Source: Dehalococcoidia bacterium
GTDB taxonomy: Bacteria; Chloroflexota; Dehalococcoidia; Dehalococcoidales; UBA1222
Assembly (NCBI GenBank): GCA_009783135.1
Contig: WRHS01000002.1
Span: 1 to 42,969 of the forward strand
Direction of reading: 5' to 3'
Length of the DNA stretch: 42,969 bases
Below, in pieces: positions 38,996 to 42,969 of the stretch. The translations under genes and the position numbers were made by a program. Under the pieces are notes generated by a model. It was not told the DNA's origin, made no database searches, and saw nothing but the letters and a program-made list of their open reading frames with translations. How positions within the stretch are numbered: position 1 is the first letter of the stretch; each line of letters opens with the position of its first letter.

Positions 38996-39928
38996 ATGAA
39001 ACGGTTTGTTTCATTGATGTTAATAGCATCTTTTCTGCTGTCGATGTTGGCGGGATGTCAACAGAATGAGCCGGATGACAGGACATGCGTTGTTGCCACA
39101 ATTTTCGCACCATTTGATTTTGTGCGCGAAATAGCCGGTGACGCAGTCAATGCGAGCATGCTTCTCCCCCCTGCCTCCGAAAGCCACTCTTTTGAGCCCA
39201 CGCCAAAGGATATTATCAAAATTCAAAACTGCGACATTTTCATTTACGTCGGTGGTGAGTCCGATGCGTGGGTAAATCAAATACTGTCATCCATGGATAC
39301 CAGCAATATGAAAATCATCACACTCATGGATTGCGTCGATTTGGTAGAGGAGGAAATCGTTGAGGGTATGGAGGATGACGATGACGACAGCGATGACATT
39401 GCATACGACGAGCATGTTTGGACTTCACCTAAAAACGCCAAGCTGATTGTTCAGAAAATATCGGATGCCTTATGCAAGGCTGACGCGCAAAACGCCACTT
39501 TGTTTCAGGCGCGCACAACTGCTTACATTGAAAGACTTGACGATCTGGATGCGGCTTTCAAGTCTGTTGTGGACGGCGCGGTGCGGAAAACCATCGTCTT
39601 CGGCGATAGATTCCCTTTCCGTTATTTTACCGATGCCTACGGGCTTGATTATTTTGCGGCATTTCCAGGTTGTGCATCTGAAACCGAGCCGAACCCAAAG
39701 ACTGTCGCGTTCCTAATAGATAAGATTAGAGAAGAAAATATCCCTGTGGTTTTCCATATTGAGCTATCAAACCCCAAAATGGCGAATACCATACGAGCTG
39801 AAACCGGAGCAAAGGTTTTGCTTTTGCATTCCTGCCACAACATATCACGGGATGATTTCAGGAAAGGCTTAAGCTATATGGAACTCATGACGCGTAATGT
39901 GGAAGCGTTACGGGAAGCGCTACAGTAA
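38996..39928 (+). CDS. znuA: Zinc ABC transporter substrate-binding lipoprotein (cluster A-I, ZnuA/AdcA-like)
   Basis: Lipobox LSMLAGC, metal ligand regions SHSFEP and DEHVWTSP, and an acidic loop. SD AAAGGAG. Confidence 0.9.
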   Translation: MKRFVSLMLIASFLLSMLAGCQQNEPDDRTCVVATIFAPFDFVREIAGDAVNASMLLPPASESHSFEPTPKDIIKIQNCDIFIYVGGESDAWVNQILSSMDTSNMKIITLMDCVDLVEEEIVEGMEDDDDDSDDIAYDEHVWTSPKNAKLIVQKISDALCKADAQNATLFQARTTAYIERLDDLDAAFKSVVDGAVRKTIVFGDRFPFRYFTDAYGLDYFAAFPGCASETEPNPKTVAFLIDKIREENIPVVFHIELSNPKMANTIRAETGAKVLLLHSCHNISRDDFRKGLSYMELMTRNVEALREALQ

Positions 39929-39929
39929 T

Positions 39930-40655
39930 ATGGCTCTCATCACCTGCCGGGATGCATCCTTCGCCTATGAGGGTAACACCGTCGTCGAAGGTCTTAACTT
40001 TACAGTTGAAAGCGGCGATTACCTGTGTATTATCGGCGAAAACGGCTCAGGTAAAAGCACCATCATCAAAGGATTACTGCGTCTTAAAACACCTCAAACC
40101 GGAAGCATCGTGGCTGGTGACGGGCTTAAGCCCAGTGAGATCGGTTACCTGCCGCAGCAAACTGTAGTACAGAAGGATTTCCCTGCAAGCGCATATGAGG
40201 TCGTTTTGTCCGGAAGGCTTGGTGCGCGCGGCATTTTACCTTTCTACTCAAGGGCAGATAAGGCCATCGCAGAAGAAAACATCCGGCGTCTTGATATTGT
40301 TGATCTGCGCAATAAATGCTACCGTGAATTATCCGGCGGGCAGCAACAACGCGTGCTGCTGGCCAGGGCACTCTGCGCCACAAAAAAACTCCTGTTGCTG
40401 GATGAGCCTGTTGCCGGGCTTGATCCGCTGGTTACACAGGAATTGTACCGGCTAATTGAGGACATTAATCGCCAAATGGGTATTACCATCATCATGGTTT
40501 CACACGACGTGCGCACCGCAGTCAAATACGCCAGCCACATCCTGCACCTGAAAAACACTCAGGCATTTTTCGGAAGAACCGAGGATTATGTAAGCTCAGG
40601 CGTTGGAATCAGCTTTTTAAACTGCGGCTGCGCCGACGGAAGGCACGCCGAATGA
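39930..40655 (+). CDS. znuC: Zinc ABC transporter ATP-binding protein
   Basis: GENGSGKST, LSGGQQQRVLLARAL and LLLLDEP. ATG 39930 lies 1 nt after the znuA stop. Confidence 0.9.
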   Translation: MALITCRDASFAYEGNTVVEGLNFTVESGDYLCIIGENGSGKSTIIKGLLRLKTPQTGSIVAGDGLKPSEIGYLPQQTVVQKDFPASAYEVVLSGRLGARGILPFYSRADKAIAEENIRRLDIVDLRNKCYRELSGGQQQRVLLARALCATKKLLLLDEPVAGLDPLVTQELYRLIEDINRQMGITIIMVSHDVRTAVKYASHILHLKNTQAFFGRTEDYVSSGVGISFLNCGCADGRHAE

Positions 40656-41473
40656 TTAACGCCTTGGTTGAGATGTTCTCATATGCCTTCATTGTACGCG
40701 CCGTTATTGTCGGTCTGCTGGTGTCGCTTTGTGCTGCGCTGCTGGGCGTAAGCCTTGTGCTAAAGCGTTACTCCATGATTGGCGACGGACTTTCGCATGT
40801 TGGATTCGGAACGCTTGCCGTGGCCACAGCTTTGAATATCGCACCTTTGAGCATATCAATTCCAGCCACTGTGCTCGCGGCATTTTTGCTGCTGCGCATC
40901 AGCGAAAACAGCAAAATCAAGGGCGATGCCGCCATCGCACTCATTTCAACCGGCGCATTGGCAATTGGCATAATGGTCATATCTTTTACAACAGGAATGA
41001 ATACGGATGTGTATAGTTATATGTTCGGAAGCATTCTGGCAATGAGCACAAGCGACGTAACCCTAAGCGTCGCGCTCGCCGTTGTGGTACTGGTACTGTT
41101 CATTTTCTTTTACAATAAGTTATTCGGTGTAATATTTGACGAAAACTTTGCCAAGGCAACCGGTGTAAAAACCTTTCTGTACAATATGCTGATTGCCATC
41201 CTTACAGCAATAACTATTGTGTTGGGCATGCGCATGATTGGCGCACTCCTAATTTCCAGTCTTATTCTTTTCCCTGCGCTTACCTCCATGCGTATATGCA
41301 AGAAATTCAAAAGCGTAACGATATGCGCCGCATGTGTATCGCTTGCCAGCTTTTTCATCGGCATAGTTGTGTCCTACTCATATGCCACCCCTGCCGGTGC
41401 AAGCGTAGTCATCGTAAACATTGCGGCATTTGCTCTTTTCTGGCTTATTAATTCGCTTAAAAGAAGAACCTGA
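40652..41473 (+). CDS. znuB: Zinc ABC transporter permease
   Basis: 273 aa in the ABC-3 family, with about 8 TM helices. ATGA overlap with znuC. Confidence 0.9.
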   Translation: MINALVEMFSYAFIVRAVIVGLLVSLCAALLGVSLVLKRYSMIGDGLSHVGFGTLAVATALNIAPLSISIPATVLAAFLLLRISENSKIKGDAAIALISTGALAIGIMVISFTTGMNTDVYSYMFGSILAMSTSDVTLSVALAVVVLVLFIFFYNKLFGVIFDENFAKATGVKTFLYNMLIAILTAITIVLGMRMIGALLISSLILFPALTSMRICKKFKSVTICAACVSLASFFIGIVVSYSYATPAGASVVIVNIAAFALFWLINSLKRRT

Positions 41474-41633
41474 CTTATAAAGAGCGTTTATATTTCATGA
41501 ACTTGGATACAGATGGCAACTGTCGCGATACGCGATATTGAATTTAGCGCCGAATTCTGCGATAATTTTCCGCTGGTATCGCGAATAGCGAAAAAGTCGC
41601 AAGCATGGGAAATGCCGTGCGGGAGGTAAGCGA

Positions 41634-42314
41634 ATGCGCTTGGCGAGAGTCACGGTTTTTGCCGGCCATTTTGGCAGCGGCAAAACAAGTATAGCTGTGG
41701 CTTATGCCTTGTGGGCCAAACAACAAAAAAATCGTGTGGTATTATGCGATTTGGATATTGTAAACCCATACTTCCGAATGGCCGGTGCCGCAGATGCTCT
41801 CAAGAGAGCCGGCGTTGGTCTGATTGCCTCCCGTTTTGCGGGCACAAACGTGGAAGCACCGGCCATACCGGTGGGGACGCTCGCAATATTTGATGATACC
41901 GACATTACCGGCATCATTGACTTAGGAGGAGATGACCGCGGTGCGTTGGCGCTCGGAAGATATGCCGGGCTTTTGCAGAAAAGCGGTGCGTTTGAGATGC
42001 TCTTGGTTACAAATCAATATCGTCCGCTGACGCGCAACTTAGACGACTTGTGCCAGATTAAAAATGAAATTGAAACAGCCAGCATGGTAGGTTTCACCGG
42101 GCTTATCAACAACTCCAATCTTGCGACGGAGACAACGCTGCAGGATGTGATTGCCACAGCAGATTTTGCCACGGAAGCCTCTGAAAAACTGGCTCTGCCG
42201 CTGAAAATGACAGCGATTGACAATCGCCTGCTCCAAAGCGAGGAAGCCCAAGAGGAAGCACGTCTTACGTTAGGTGAGGTATTTCCTATGGCTTTGTACC
42301 CAAACAAATTTTGA
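41634..42314 (+). CDS. P-loop NTPase (SIMIBI/MinD-CooC-like), function unknown
   Basis: N-terminal deviant Walker A VFAGHFGSGKTS. SD GGGAGG sits 7 nt upstream. Co-oriented with the downstream oxidoreductase genes. Confidence 0.7.
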   Translation: MRLARVTVFAGHFGSGKTSIAVAYALWAKQQKNRVVLCDLDIVNPYFRMAGAADALKRAGVGLIASRFAGTNVEAPAIPVGTLAIFDDTDITGIIDLGGDDRGALALGRYAGLLQKSGAFEMLLVTNQYRPLTRNLDDLCQIKNEIETASMVGFTGLINNSNLATETTLQDVIATADFATEASEKLALPLKMTAIDNRLLQSEEAQEEARLTLGEVFPMALYPNKF

Positions 42315-42344
42315 AAACTGCGGACGTCCGAAAGAGGAGAAAAC

Positions 42345-42551
42345 ATGGCAAATGTAACGTTTAAAACGGATGAATGCAAGGGATGCGGGCTGTGCGTGCA
42401 GGCCTGCCCGCAGAAGATTGTGAGCCTTGGAGAGCATAAAATCAACGCAAAGGGTTTCCGTCCGGCGGGCATAACAGATACAGAGGCATGTATTGGGTGT
42501 GCATTCTGCGCCATGATGTGCCCCGATGCTGTCATCACTGTGGAAAAGTAA
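42345..42551 (+). CDS. 2x[4Fe-4S] ferredoxin-type delta subunit of 2-oxoacid:ferredoxin oxidoreductase
   Basis: 68 aa with [12 protein letters not shown] and [21 protein letters not shown]. Confidence 0.88.
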   Translation: MANVTFKTDECKGCGLCVQACPQKIVSLGEHKINAKGFRPAGITDTEACIGCAFCAMMCPDAVITVEK

Positions 42552-42564
42552 GAGAGGTATTGAT

Positions 42565-42969
42565 ATGGCTGCAAAGGTTTTGATGAAAGGAAATGAGGCA
42601 ATTGCCGAAGGGGCATTGCTTGCAGGCTGCCGGCACTACTTCGGTTATCCCATCACACCACAATCGGAAATAGCGGCCTATATGGCCAAGAAAATGCTCA
42701 AACAAAATGGTACTTTCCTGCAGGCAGAGAGCGAGGTGGCCGCCATCAATATGGTCATCGGCGCATCAGCTGCAGGGGTACGTGTTATGACGTCCTCATC
42801 CAGCCCAGGCTTCGCTTTGAAAAGTGAGGGGCTGAGTTACCTTGCCGGCTGCGACCTGCCGGCGGTTGTAGTTAACATTCAACGCGGGGGACCGGGGCTT
42901 GGCGGCATTCAGCCGTCACAGGCAGACTACTATCATGCCACAAGAAGCGCAGGTCACGGCGACTTTCAT
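42565..42969 (+). CDS. 2-oxoacid:ferredoxin oxidoreductase alpha subunit (VorB/KorA-like). N-terminal 135 codons only; it continues past the window.
   Basis: My own translation: [36 protein letters not shown]...[29 protein letters not shown]... It is absent from the track because the frame stays open to the edge. Confidence 0.88.
   Translation, partial: MAAKVLMKGNEAIAEGALLAGCRHYFGYPITPQSEIAAYMAKKMLKQNGTFLQAESEVAAINMVIGASAAGVRVMTSSSSPGFALKSEGLSYLAGCDLPAVVVNIQRGGPGLGGIQPSQADYYHATRSAGHGDFH

Noticed and set aside
34584-42969. The right-hand 8.4 kb (MacB-like, hotdog pair, Zur-ZnuACB, P-loop/OFOR) as a horizontally acquired island
   Set aside because: The gene content looks accessory and more Firmicute-like to my eye. 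However, I see no integrase, flanking direct repeats, tRNA junction or obvious compositional jump. It needs k-mer or codon statistics and a phylogeny that I cannot run.

Overview
This window is a gene-dense chromosomal region of about 43 kb, with roughly 90% coding and many 4-8 nt gene overlaps. It is dominated by housekeeping genes: gyrA, gyrB, dnaA, rel, hisS, obg, nadD, fmt, rnhA, folC, pyrF, mazG, gmk, remA, lysC and one tRNA-Pro. By eye the proteins resemble a compact anaerobic Chloroflexota or Firmicutes-like genome, but this is an impression and was not searched. I found no transposase, integrase, phage gene, CRISPR array or rRNA. dnaA, gyrB and gyrA together, plus a switch in gene-strand bias near 19-22 kb, suggest the window spans or lies next to the replication origin. 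The accessory content is metal homeostasis and transport. One module is a Fur-family regulator followed by a CbiM/PDGLE/CbiQ/CbiO ECF importer, and its promoter carries an exact TTGCAA-N5-TTGCAA repeat resembling the Streptomyces Nur (nickel) box. A second module is Zur-ZnuACB with a 9-3-9 palindromic operator. There is also an orphan 932-aa fused MacB-type ABC protein, a split MaoC hotdog pair, NfnAB, and the start of a 2-oxoacid:ferredoxin oxidoreductase operon preceded by a P-loop NTPase. The most interesting non-obvious signals are the Nur-like circuit, a mini-ORF plus terminator attenuator candidate upstream of a small SWIM zinc-finger gene, and two candidate origin or regulatory regions. 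Those two regions are phased 10-bp repeats upstream of dnaA and a 312-bp stretch of about 30% GC between hisS and obg. I did not find a clear multi-gene novel system such as a defence island. All functional calls rest on motif and family recognition from the translations, not on database searches.
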